Source: Octopus bimaculoides
Lineage: Eukaryota
Reading direction: 5' to 3'
Assembly: GCF_001194135.2 (NCBI RefSeq)
Contig: NC_068983.1
Span: 87,417,605-87,454,021, forward strand
DNA: 36,417 nt
Position 1 is the first letter of the stretch, and each line of letters opens with the position of its first letter. The position numbers and the translations under genes were made by a program. Below, one piece after another: positions 13,102-24,095 of the stretch. The notes below the pieces were generated by a model. The model searched no databases. It worked only from the letters and a program-made list of their open reading frames with translations, and was not told the DNA's origin.

Positions 13102-13286
13102 TGGCACTCCGTCGCTTACGATGTCGAGGGTTCCAGTTGATCCGATCAACGGAACAGCCTGCTCGTGAAATTAACGTGCAAGTGGCTGAGCACTCCACAG
13201 ACACATGTACCCTTAACATAGTTCTCGGGGATATTCAGCGTGACACAGTGTGACAAGGCTGACCCTTTGAATTACAGGCACAACAG
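13102..13286 (-). mobile_element. 5'-truncated copy of the SINE at 21602-21982
   Basis: Near-identical to 21606-21791. Confidence 0.9.
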
Positions 13287-13689
13287 TATACATACATACA
13301 TACATGATATATAAATATGAAGTTATATTTCAAAAAAAATTTGAAACATAGCTTTAACTATATCATGTTTGACCATTACAAAACAAATTATTTCTCATCT
13401 CTAAGTTTCTAAATTATAATGAAGTAAACAACATGCAATTGTTGCTGATAAAAACAAAGTTTCTAAAATGAATAGTGAAATTTGAAGGTTTGCTTTTGTC
13501 CAGTGGTAGAATGTCTGTTATGCCTTCAGAAGATGTGGGTTTGTGTCCTACAGGAAACTTTCTACTTTCTCTATCCTAAGGAGTTTTTTAAAACATTATT
13601 ATCTAGTCTGCACTCTACTGTAAAAATGAATTAGTTCACATCTCTCGAGGTTCCTAAATTCTTAAGCCTTTTGAAATACAGGTACTAAT

Positions 13690-13820
13690 TTTTGCCAACT
13701 GAGTGGACTGGAGCAACGTGCGATAAAATAACTTACTCAAGGACACATGTCGCTGAGAATTGAACTCATGACCTTATGATCATGGTCTAAATACCTTAAC
13801 CACTTAGTCATGTGCCTTCA
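13690..13820 (-). mobile_element. tRNA-derived SINE head fragment
   Basis: ctcaaggacac...gaattgaactcatgacctt...cttaaccacttagtcatgtgccttcac is the reverse complement of a tRNA-like A/B-box head. Confidence 0.7.
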
Positions 13821-13919
13821 CACACACACATATGCATGCACACACACACACACATGCATGCACACACACACACACATGCATGCACACACACACACACACA
13901 CAAACACATATGCACACGT

Positions 13920-13958
<39 letters not shown>

Positions 13959-14289
13959 ATATATGATGTTAGAGCCAAAGCAGAAACATTTTCACAGGAA
14001 GAAGTAGATAGCATGGCTTACATAATAAAACTTAAATACATCCCCTTCCCCAGAGATCAAACCATTGTAGAGGAACATGTTAATGAAATTACCAACAACT
14101 TAGTGGAAATAAATAAAGTTGATCTCACAGAACTTGAAGAGTGAATAATTGCTGATTTGGATTTGGGCGCAGCTTGTATAAATTAAAGCAAAAATAAAGT
14201 ATGATAATACTAATAATAACAATTCCTGTAATATTAAAAAATAATCTTAAGAATAGGAATAATAATGTAGATAACTGTGATTGAAGAAA

Positions 14290-14700
14290 CACTATCAATG
14301 TCTACCTAACAGGATACTATCTTAGAAAAGATGTCATCTATAGATGCAATGTCTATAAGGCAGTTTTTGCAGTGAATATAAAGACAAGACCAGCAACTCA
14401 CTAAAAGTAAAGAAGAGGAACATTGTAATGCTGTAATATACAGGGAGACAGAAAAATCCAGCATAGTTGGTCATTTGTGGAGAGAAAAGGGGAGTTACTA
14501 ATAGTTGTGGAATAAGTTCAAAATAATAGATAGAGAGGAACACTGGAAAATAAGATATTTGAAAAAGATCAACATATATGCTGGACTTTGATAACCTCCT
14601 CAGTAGGTCTAACATAGAGGTGGATATCATAAGAGAACCTTTAATTGAGAAAGAAAGCATATTTAGCCTATGACCATAATTGCAACATATCATATTAAAG
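14290..14700 (+). mobile_element. Degenerate Penelope-like GIY-YIG endonuclease remnant
   Basis: YLTGYYLRKDVIYRCNV and SIVGHLWREK resemble PLE GIY-YIG motifs; many disablements. Confidence 0.4.
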
Positions 14701-14746
14701 CTATCTTTAAGAGAGCATGTTTGCACAACACATATTTACACACACA

Positions 14747-14794
<48 letters not shown>

Positions 14795-14799
14795 TTGCA

Positions 14800-15516
14800 A
14801 GATTTTTGATGTGAAATCGTAACTCCATCCACCAGAGTATTAAGGTTACGACAGACTACCATACTAAACACCCTAACCATAGATTATCTGTACTAGATAC
14901 TGAACTCTGGCTAGAAACTGAGAATAATAAAACCCGAATCCTTCATTCACACTATGCAAAACCTATGGCCTCCAAATACCTGATCCACCGGAACTCAGCT
15001 ATCGTGGACAATGCCAAATTCAATATATTGATGGCAGACCTCGTCAGAGTAATGCGAAATGTGTCCTGCATGTGCAACCCTACAGAGTTAAAGAGACATA
15101 TACATTTCGTTCACCGCATGCAGTTCTCAGGTTACAGCCATAAAGAAAGGATCAGAGTATACAAAGGAGCTATGAAGAAGTTTGAAACCATCAAACGTAA
15201 CGATAGGAATGGGATTTGCCCACTCTATAGGAGCAAATCATGGAACAACATTGAAAGGATTAAGAAGAAAATAGGGAAGGCCAACTCATGGTATGATAGC
15301 CACAAATACCAGAGCGTCATGTTCGTCGACACCACCCCAAGGGGCAAACTGGCATACCGCATTAGAAGGGCCCTAGGCAAACTTAAGCTAAGAATTAAGG
15401 TTGTTGAAAGGCTAGGCAACCCTATCAAATCCCTTATCAGTAGAACCTACCCTTTTAGTAGAACCCCCTGCACTGATAGGAACTGTACTGTATGTAGATT
15501 TTGCTCTTGCAAATAG
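14800..15516 (+). mobile_element. Penelope-like element RT C-terminus/linker fragment
   Basis: LSVLDTELWL...HYAKPMASKYLIHRNSA...RMQFSGYS...PLYRSKSW...VMFVDTTP...IKVVERLG...PFSRTPCTDRNCTVC, typical of PLE RT thumb and Cys linker. Confidence 0.85.
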
Positions 15517-15933
15517 TCGATGATAAAAGCTCTGTAATTAAGCTGTCAAGACAGGAGAAAATATACACATTAGGTTCATAACTATACAGTGGCATGTCTA
15601 GGTTGAGTAAAAGCCATGTGGAGCTGAGCTGCTGGCCGCCACACGTGTGAATCAGCTAGTCTCTGTGCAAATTGCTAGGTAAAAGTGGAGATGCCATTTC
15701 ACTTGATTGTCTACAACATTCAGTGAAGTTGGAGCTAAAAACATGCCTATTCATAAGTCTTGATAGCAACTTCTACAAGCTTCTTGAATGATCCATCATG
15801 TGATGTTTGGCTACTGATTGATCCATAACTCGGCCAATCAAATGAAAAAGTTTGGCAAGATGATTCAGTTTCAAATTTTGCTAGTTTCTTCATTACTTGC
15901 AGAAAATTGGATATTTTTTAAAATGAAATTTTC

Positions 15934-16176
15934 TACAAACATCTCTCATATAGTGTAGATTACAATTATATAGGAATTTAATGAAGAAAAAAGTGGTTGG
16001 CATGCCCACATATATACTACAAAATGAAACTTGAAATTTCTTTTCTTTTTGCACATTGAATTCCAAAATAATTATAATATATATCACTTTGTAGTATATA
16101 TGTGGGCACGCCGACCAGTTTTTTTCCACATTAAATCCCTATATAATTGTAATCTACACCATATGAGAGATGTTTG

Positions 16177-16178
<2 letters not shown>
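15934..16178. mobile_element. MITE-like hairpin, ~94-bp TIRs, TA at both ends
   Basis: Arms 15934-16027 and 16084-16178 with about 9 differences; TAcaaac...gtttgTA. Confidence 0.8.
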
Positions 16179-16216
<38 letters not shown>

Positions 16217-16288
16217 TCGAAAAATACCTTAGGAACGAGAACCCCAGTTTGAAACTTCCCCAAGACACCTGATAAAGGCTGGAGGGTA

Positions 16289-16408
16289 CCCGAGTCGCCT
16301 ACATTTGAGGCGATCGCAAAGGTCAACCCAACAGGAGTGCAATGGAAGGGCCTCATGCTGGGAGAACCACCTTGCTGATCATGGTTTACCCCTGCGCCAG
16401 GTAAGTAT
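16289..16408 (-). pseudogene. U1: U1 snRNA retrocopy, nt 1-120, truncated before the Sm site
   Basis: Minus strand reads ATACTTACCTGGC...GATCAGCAAG (SL-I loop)...CCATTGCACTCC (U1A loop)...TCGCCT-CAAATGT-AGGCGA (SL-III); no Sm site or SL-IV. Confidence 0.95.
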
Positions 16409-16469
16409 TAATAATAATAACATCGAAAAATACCTTAGGAATGAGAACCCAGGTTTGAAACTACCCCAA

Positions 16470-16515
16470 GACACCTGATGAAGGCTGGAGGGTATATCAG
16501 CCAAAACGTTGTGTT
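16470..16515 (+). ncRNA. Minimal type-I hammerhead ribozyme motif, G12-to-A mutated and probably inactive
   Basis: GACAC-CUGAUGA-A-GGCUG(gaggguauau)CAGCC-AAAAC-GUU-GUGUU; stems I and II pair; palindromic ACGU stem III; GAAAC reads AAAAC. Confidence 0.75.
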
Positions 16516-16756
16516 AACAACAAACAAGGTGAGGACAAATATCCATCAAATGTAAATAATGTACATAACTCCTCATCTCTTAAATATAGAACTGTATTAC
16601 CACTTGTAAGGTATGTGTAGAAAATTTTGTTAAGCATACCCAATTTGCTGAAAGTTATAAAGAAACACAGCTAACTCATGTGAATTTTCCGACACTCCTC
16701 CCCACTTCAGAAAAATTTTTCATAACAACTTCTGATATAATTGAGTTTGAGATATA

Positions 16757-17290
16757 ATGGGTTTGAGCTGTCATTGTGGTAAGCTCCTCGACTTCACAGG
16801 CCTGTACAGTCTTTTTTGCTGCTTGAATGCGGGTCACTTCACACGTCACACAGAGTTAAACCTTATACTCAAGAGGAACTTGGTCTGGGCAAACATCCCC
16901 TCCATCTTGGAACCATATGGGTTGTCCAGATGTGATAGGAAAAGACCTGACAGCCTCACCTGTGCCCCTGGTCAAGTGACAGATGCCTTCTCTGGGATGT
17001 CACAGTGAGCGACTCCTTAGCTTCTTCTCACATCCTGAATGTTGTGGCCAAGGTGAGACCCACAGCTTCTGAGACTGAATGGAACGAAATCCTGAAGTAC
17101 CACGATCTGTCGGCCAACTACATTTTCCTTCCTATGGCGTTTCAAGATGTTTGGTGGGGTTGGACCACTGACTGCGAGATTCCTGTCTTCACTGGCAGCT
17201 CGCCTAGTAGAGGTAACTGGTAAAGCTTGTGAGGGTGCTTGATTGTTCCATGCCGCAACACTGCAAGCATGCTGGTGTACCTCAAGAAAA
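16757..17290 (+). mobile_element. CRE-like non-LTR retrotransposon 3' fragment (zinc knuckle plus restriction-like endonuclease)
   Basis: CHCGKLLDFTGLYSLFC...RHTELN...IPSILEPYGLSRCDRKRPDSLT...KYHDLSANYIFLPMAF...GPLTARFLSSLAARL. Confidence 0.85.
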
Positions 17291-17899
17291 TTTCAGTCTA
17301 AGGTGGTGAATTGTTTTTTTTTTTGTTTTTTTTCTTCTTTTCACTCTTATGTATATATTTAAGTATAAATTTTAAAAAATTGAAATCTATACTATCTGAA
17401 AGATATTTGCAGAAAGTTTCTTTAAAAAGTATCCATTTTTCTCAAGTTAGGAGAAAACAAAATTAGTAGGGCACACTTGTGTAGATATGCCTATATACAT
17501 ATATATGCATACGTATTAATACATAAATACATACATAGACATTTACATAAAACCACTTACATATATACACCCCTCCTTCACGCTGTCTGTTTGTCTCTCC
17601 GTCCGTCGATCTATCTATCTATTTAATTGTTAATTTTTAAAAACTTTATCATTCCATTTTGAAAATAATTCTTTTTGACATTTCTGTGAAAGAACCTTAT
17701 TCGGAAGCGAGTTTTGTTATCAGTTGCAGAAACGAAAAATAAATAAATAAACAAATAAATAAATAAATAAAATAAAATAAAATCTAAAACGTCTCTTATC
17801 TGCTAAATATTTCTTTACTGTGCATTTTTTACACTCACTATGTGTCTTTTAAAACCTTGTAGGAATATGTAAAACTATTGGTCTGCAAGCAGACAATGT

Positions 17900-18117
17900 A
17901 ACTGGCATATTTCAAATTTCCCATTCTGGTATGTTTCATGCGCGTTTCAAACTTGATATAAACACAAGTGCTATGAGATGGTTTCGAATTCAATTGCAGG
18001 AAAAAGTTACCTGTAAGAGGCTGCCATCCTTGCAATGAATGTATTTCTCTCATTCACTAAATACTTCGAAAACCAGGGTTAAACACCGGACTATTACGAG
18101 TCTATAATAGGAAGTAA
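17900..18117. promoter_or_regulatory. Putative promoter/5' region of the transporter gene, possibly bidirectional
   Basis: CpGs visibly more frequent than in flanking unique DNA; lies just upstream of the exon-1 ATG; judged by eye only. Confidence 0.4.
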
Positions 18118-18160
18118 ATGGATCATAACTACGGTTCAGAAAAGCTATTTCGATATTCAA
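18118..18160 (+). CDS. Exon 1 of SLC16/MCT-like MFS transporter (MDHNYGSEKLFRYS)
   Basis: ATG in context agtaaATGg; donor CAA|gtaagt; phase 1 fits exon 2. Confidence 0.55.
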
Positions 18161-18675
18161 GTAAGTGGATTGTGATCTACGCAAGACATTTACCTTTTAG
18201 CATGGTTTAATACATGTAATTAGGGTCCTGTTGTTTTTGAGAAAAATTTTCGTTAACGAAATCAACAGGAGCGTGATATATTGCAAACTACATAATTTAG
18301 TCATGGCCTATTGTCTTGTTTATGTCTTTTCTTAACTCACTTTTCTTTTGGCAAGGTTAATATATACAAAATTGTTATCTTTCGATACTGAGTTACTTTT
18401 AAGACTACGTCCACATGAAAAACTGAATGTGTGCTTGTCTTTAATTCAGTAATGTTACTGTATGAAACTGGTTCTGCCTGGATTTTTAATTAGCAAACCA
18501 TAAAGGTGTGTGATTATAAAAGGCTTTGGTACAACTGAGTCCCATATGCGCTGGAAAGGAAAAAACAAATTGACTTCTTTTTTCCCCATCTCAACTTACA
18601 ATCGGCCCATTTTGATTTTATCAAACATTTGTATATTTTCTAAAAGAAAAATTACGAGTTATTCTCATTGCTTAG

Positions 18676-18701
18676 ACAAATGGAATCTGGAGAAACATTT
18701 G
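18676..18701 (+). CDS. Exon 2, 26-nt microexon (N-KWNLEKHL)
   Basis: cattgcttag| acceptor; |gtattt donor; phase 1 to 0 links exons 1 and 3 in frame; 68-bp downstream intron. Confidence 0.5.
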
Positions 18702-18769
18702 GTATTTGCGTCAAACGAAAATTAAGTGCTATTTCACTTTATTCAAACTTTTCAAACATCAGTTTTCAG

Positions 18770-19104
18770 GAAGATAATCCTATTTTCAATCGTTTAAGCA
18801 ATGATGACAACGATTTTAATAATTCAAGCAATGATGCCAATCATCATAATACTAATGCTGTGAATAACGGTGATTGTGATACGAACAGAGATATCGATGA
18901 TGTCAACTTTACCAACAATGCTAATGGCACAGAAACTGACGCACATACAGGTGAAACCAGCATAGGCCATTATGTTGCTGAAACTTCTTCTGTCACAATG
19001 GGTTCACACCTAACAATACCTTCCATTTTTGACGAAATAATGAGAGGTCGACGAAAATCTGTGCATTCATCTCAAAGATATGACATCGACTCTTTAGGAA
19101 CAAC
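18770..19104 (+). CDS. Exon 3, N/D-rich cytoplasmic N-terminus (EDNPIF...RRKSVHSSQRYDIDSLGT)
   Basis: agttttcag| acceptor; AAC|gtaagt donor; 335-nt open frame; phase 0 to 2. Confidence 0.75.
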
Positions 19105-19618
19105 GTAAGTTGAAACAATTTTTCTTTTGATTTTAATTTCAATGAAGAGTTTACAAATGTATTCCATCAATACGGTAATTTCTAAAAGGTGCGGGATAGT
19201 TTGTTACTTGACAAAAATAATTAAATTATATTTTCGAAAAATAAAAGAGAACTAAGATCTTATAGAGCCTTTATATAAGGCATAATTTGATTGTAAACAT
19301 GACAATCCAACTAAATTTGGAGAAGTGTTGAGTTTTTCTACCTTCCAATAATTTTCGGTAATATAGTCTATAAAAAAGTCAATTTTTTTATTATTATTGT
19401 ATGAAATAAATAAATAGCTCCTTTTTTTTTTTTTTTCAGAAAACGTTTTTTAAATTATAACTTCGTCATAAATTTTTTATTTGAAAATTATTTTTAATAA
19501 CAATAATGGTTTCATATTTTGGCACAAGACCATCGATTTTGTGACAGGGTGTAGTCGAACCATATTTGCTCTAAGGCTCGTGTACCTCGTCTCTTTCCCA
19601 AATATTTCTAAAGAGTAA

Positions 19619-19628
19619 NNNNNNNNNN
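19619..19628. other. Assembly gap (10 N)
   Basis: Directly visible. Confidence 1.
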
Positions 19629-19909
19629 CACAAAAAAATGAAAATATCATCACATTTATAAAAAGTGGGGTTTTATTTCACTTATTGACGCCAAATGAAG
19701 AATATAGGAAAAAAATAGGAAACTTCATTGCATTGAAGATGAAATATGGGTGATGTTTATCATCCAAAGATATAAAATGTTACCAAAAACCATGAAGCTC
19801 ATGTTTCTTAATGATAATTAAGCATAATTTATTGAATAATGAAATAAATATCTCATAATTTTCTATTGTTTAAATTATATATAGGTTGAAGTATATTAAT
19901 ATATCTTTA

Positions 19910-20057
19910 GGCGCAGGAGTGGCTGTGTGGTAAGTAGCTTGCTTACCAACCACATGGTTCCACGTTCAGTCCCACTATAGTGTCTTCCACTATAGCCTCA
20001 GGCTGCACCAAAGCCTTGTGAGTGAATTTGGTAGATGGAAACTGAAAGAAGCCTGTC

Positions 20058-20094
<37 letters not shown>

Positions 20095-20095
20095 C

Positions 20096-20136
<41 letters not shown>

Positions 20137-20329
20137 GTTGTCACCCAATATTGCTTGACAACTGATGCTGGTGTGTTTATGTCCCCGTAACTTAACAGTT
20201 CGGCAAAAGACCGATAGAATAAGTACTAGGCTTACAAAGAATAAGTCCTGGGGTCGATTTGCTCGACCAAAGGCAGTGCTCCAACATGGCTGCAATCAAA
20301 TGACTGAAACAAGTAAAAGAATAAAAGAA
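19910..20329 (+). mobile_element. tRNA-derived SINE with internal (TA)n(TG)n tract
   Basis: ggcgcaggagtggctgtgtggtaag...gttcagtccc head; tail tgactgaaacaagtaaaagaataaaagaa; multiple copies in the window. Confidence 0.9.
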
Positions 20330-20892
20330 TGTAGTGGGAATTCCATCCCTAACCACTAGATAGTCAAGCTCCAGGTATGAACCACCATAGTTTCATGTGA
20401 TTGATCTATGAATCGATTGATTAATCAGCATGAGCCTCTACATGATGTAGTTTTCTCGAGTGTTCTAAAATTTAGCCTCTCGTCCCCAATAAAAATTGTT
20501 TTGGTGCATTGACTCATTGCAGAGTGTTGAAGATGGCTGGCTAACTCCCAAGCCTTCTCTTTTGCTGTACTGCCAGACCGTTCTAAACATTTGTGCAGAA
20601 TAACTCCAGGTTCTCAGGCAGACTTTTTACAAACATTCACACAATGTCTCGTAAGTAACATCTAGGGATGTTGCATGGTTTTTTTTATCTCTCCCGGTCA
20701 CCAATGTGACAAATCTTATTAATAGTATTGTTCATTCTTTATAACCAACACCAAATATCTTATGTCCAACAATAAATATCAATTTAAATGTTCATGAGTT
20801 TGCTTCAGTTATTCTACATGTAGCTTTCTCCCAACAAAGAAAAATCCAGCAACGATACATTCTCCAAGACACAAGCAAGCAAAATCTTGCAA

Positions 20893-22831
20893 CAATATCA
20901 TCATAGTCATCATTTAACATCCGTTGTCCATGCTAGCATGGGTTGGACAGTTTGACTGGGCAGGCACGCTAGAAAGCTGCACCAGACTCCAGTCTGATTT
21001 GGCATGGTTTTCTACAGCTGGATGCCCTTTCTAATGCCAATCACTCTGAGAGTGTAGTGGGTGCTTTTACGTACCACCAGCACAGATGCCAATTTGCATG
21101 ACACCATTATCTGCCACGACTGCGATTTTGCTCGGTTTGGTGGGTCTTTTTCTCAAGCATGACATAATGCCTCCTTGAGACCCAACACTCAAAAGGAATT
21201 CAGTCACTTTGTCTCTGTGAGGTCCAATGCTCAAAAGGAACTCAGCCACTTTGCCTTTGTGAGGTCCAGTGCTTGAAAGGTGTACTCTACATGCACCAGC
21301 ACAGGTGCACTTGGCTTGATGGGTCCTCTCAAGCACAGCACATCGCCAAAGGTCTCAATCATTAGTCACTGTCTCTGTGAGACTCAAAGTTCGAAGATCA
21401 TGCTTCACCACCTTGTTCCATGTCTTCCTGGGTCTGCCTCTACCACTTGTTCCCTCCACAGAGATTGGCACTTGTTTATACAGCTGTCCTCATCCATACG
21501 TATCATACGACCAAACCAGTGCAGTCGTCTCTCTTGTGCACCACATCTGATGCCTCTTATGCCTAACTTTTCTCTCAAGATGCTCACACTCTGCTGAACA
21601 TGTTGTTGGCACTCCGTCGCTTACGATGTCGAGGGTTCCAGTTGATCCGATCAATGGAACAGCCTGCTCATGAAATTAATGTGCAAGTGGCTGAGCACTC
21701 CACAGACACGTGTACCATTAACGTAGTTCTCGGGGATATTTAGCGTGATACAGTGTGACATGGCTGACCCTTTGAAATACAGGTACAACAGAAACAGGAA
21801 GATAGAGTGAGAGAAAGTTGTGGTGAAAGAGTACAGCAGGGTTCGCCACTATCCCCTGCCGGAGCCTTGTGGAGCTTTAGGTGTTTTCGCTCAATAAACA
21901 CTCACAACGCCCGGTCTGGGAATCGAAACCGCGATCCTATGACCGCGAGTCCGCTGCCCTAACCACTGGGCCATTGTGCCTCCACTCTGCTGAACATACA
22001 CACTGACATTGCACATCCAACAAAGCATACTGGCTTCATTTCTTTCAACATTACACATCTCCTCACCTGTCACAGCCCATGTTTCACTGCCATGCAGCAT
22101 AGCTGTTCACATACAGGCATCAAACAATCTGCCTTTCATTCTGAGAGAGAAGCCCTTTGTTGCCAGCAGAGGTAGGAGCTATCTGAACTTTGCCCATCCT
22201 AATCTTATTCTCACAGCTATGCTCTCGGAGCATCCACCTTTACCACTGACTTGGTCACCTAGATAACAAAAACTATTTACTACCTCTAGCTTGCTCCCCT
22301 GGTAGTTGATGGAGTCTATTTTCTGCCCATTTGCAATGTTTATTGTACTTGTGCATCTTCCACATTCAAAAGCTAGTTTTCCCGTTAACCTTCCCCTGAT
22401 GTTGCTGCACTGAGTGCATCTTATGGAATTTCAACTTATACCTTTTCTACAGATTGAGCAGGGCCATATACCTGAAGGGATTTGTAATTTGTCTGCCTTC
22501 CTACTTACTAAGACTTTGGATTTTGCTAGGTTGTCTCTAAGTCCCTTCGATTCCAGACCTTGCTTCCATACCTGAAACTTCTCTAGTTCTGGTAGTGATT
22601 CACTTATAAGAGCAATGTCACCAGCATAGAGGAGCTCCCAAGGGCAGCTTGTCTTGAATTCCTCTGTTATTGCCTGGAGGACTATGATAAGCAATCGAGG
22701 GCTGAGGACCGATCCTTGGCGAACCTCTACTTCTACCTGGAATTCTTCACTATACTCATTGCCAACCCTCACCTTGCTGGTAGCATCCCTGTACATAGAT
22801 TGTACAACTCTTACACAGCTCTTACCAACCA
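20893..22831 (-). mobile_element. RTE-clade LINE, 5'-truncated in RT, interrupted by a SINE
   Basis: QGSVLSPRLL...LLYAGDIALI...FCYLGDQV...LHGSETW...RRLHWFGRMIRMDE; 3'UTR and cat-repeat tail homologous to 2466-4050. Confidence 0.92.
21602..21982 (-). mobile_element. Full-length, young tRNA-derived SINE with 15-bp TSD
   Basis: A box TGGCCCAGTGG; B box GGTTTCGATTCC; (CAA) tail; TSD cactctgctgaacat at 21587-21601 and 21983-21997; the empty site is present in the RTE copy at ~3220-3235. Confidence 0.95.
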
Positions 22832-23029
22832 GTAGAGAGGCTAAAATATAGATGAATAATACCTTTTATAAATGAATATAAAAAAGTGCACCAAAGTATT
22901 TCTATTTGCTCCAAAGTGTGCTGAGAGTAAAAGAAGTTTCAGAACCATAGCTCTAACATGACTAAAAAGTTAAGAATCACCAACAGAGTTCAAAATAGTA
23001 ATCTTTCTTTTTTTTTTTTACTTCTTTTT

Positions 23030-23110
23030 TTTATTTGATTCAGTCATGTGGCCATGCTGGGGCACTGCCTTGGAGGATTTATGAATAATTTAATGCATCA
23101 CTACCCCTGT
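23030..23110 (-). mobile_element. SINE tail fragment
   Basis: cagtcatgtggccatgctggggcactgcctt matches the SINE tail. Confidence 0.6.
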
Positions 23111-23974
23111 TTCCACAAATCCCATGTTTCTTATGATCATAGTCCATATTCCTGGGACGGTCACAGTGCAATCTGTAATATCCATGGACATCAGGTAGAT
23201 CGTAGTTCATGTGTTCATTTTTTCAGGTAATATGGCTTTAACAGTGGAAGCAACAACTGTATAACCAAAGGATGTTTATCAATTTTCACTAATCGAAAGT
23301 TTTATTGAGGTATGTAGGCAGTTCTGTGTGTATCTTCAAAACAAGAGAAAATAATAACCAACTAAAAAAGAAAAAAATATTTTCCTATGCTACATGCTAT
23401 ATCATTGTACCACCAGAAGTAATTAAAAGGACCATTTAAGGAAACATTATTTGTTGACTCAGATAATGAACTTCTACAACAGAATAGGTTTACTTCCTGA
23501 CTACATCTGAATTCATTGAGGACGTGCCTGCTGTGACCAAGGTCACACAAATAAACTATACTACCCATCGCAACATCTGCATACACAAATGAGTCCAACA
23601 TCACCACACACTCCCCCCTCTCCTTTATTATTACCATTCCTTTCTCCCTTTCCATCACCTTCTTTCTTCCCTACCAAATACACACAGAACTGTCTAGACA
23701 TACCCCAATAAACCTTTTGATTGGTGAAAATTGATAGACCTCATTTGGTTATGCATGTGTTGCTTCCAACGTTAGTGCCATATCACCTGAAGAAGTGAAC
23801 AGATAAATTATGATCCACTTGGTGCCCATGGATGCTACATACTGTTCTGTAATCATCCTAAGAATATGGACTATGATTATAAGAAATGGATTTGCAGAAA
23901 TGCATGTAGCGATGCATTAAATTTATTTGTAAATTCCATCCATGGATTATTATTACTATATATATGTACATCTA

Positions 23975-24095
23975 TATGTGATAGGCTTCTTTCAGTTTCT
24001 ACCTACCAAATCCACTCATAAGGCTCAAGTGGGACTGAACTTGGAAGTATGTGGTTGGGAAGCAAGCGTTTTACCAAACAGCCATGTCTGTGCCT
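23975..24095 (-). mobile_element. SINE head fragment, internally deleted
   Basis: ggcttctttcagtttc...aaatccactca...gtgggactgaac...gtggttgggaagcaagc. Confidence 0.8.

Larger units (their letters stand above)
16203..16595 (+). mobile_element. Penelope-type terminal repeat (pLTR-like); first 86 bp duplicated around a U1 insert
   Basis: 16203-16288 is similar to 16409-16494; contains a hammerhead core motif characteristic of PLEs. Confidence 0.7.

Noticed and set aside
13495-13560. tRNA-like fragment (gtccagtggtagaatg)
   Set aside because: No complete cloverleaf; likely SINE debris
23143-23309. Phase-compatible alternative exons between exons 3 and 4
   Set aside because: Exon 3 joins exon 4 directly in frame; splice sites are weak and the peptides unremarkable
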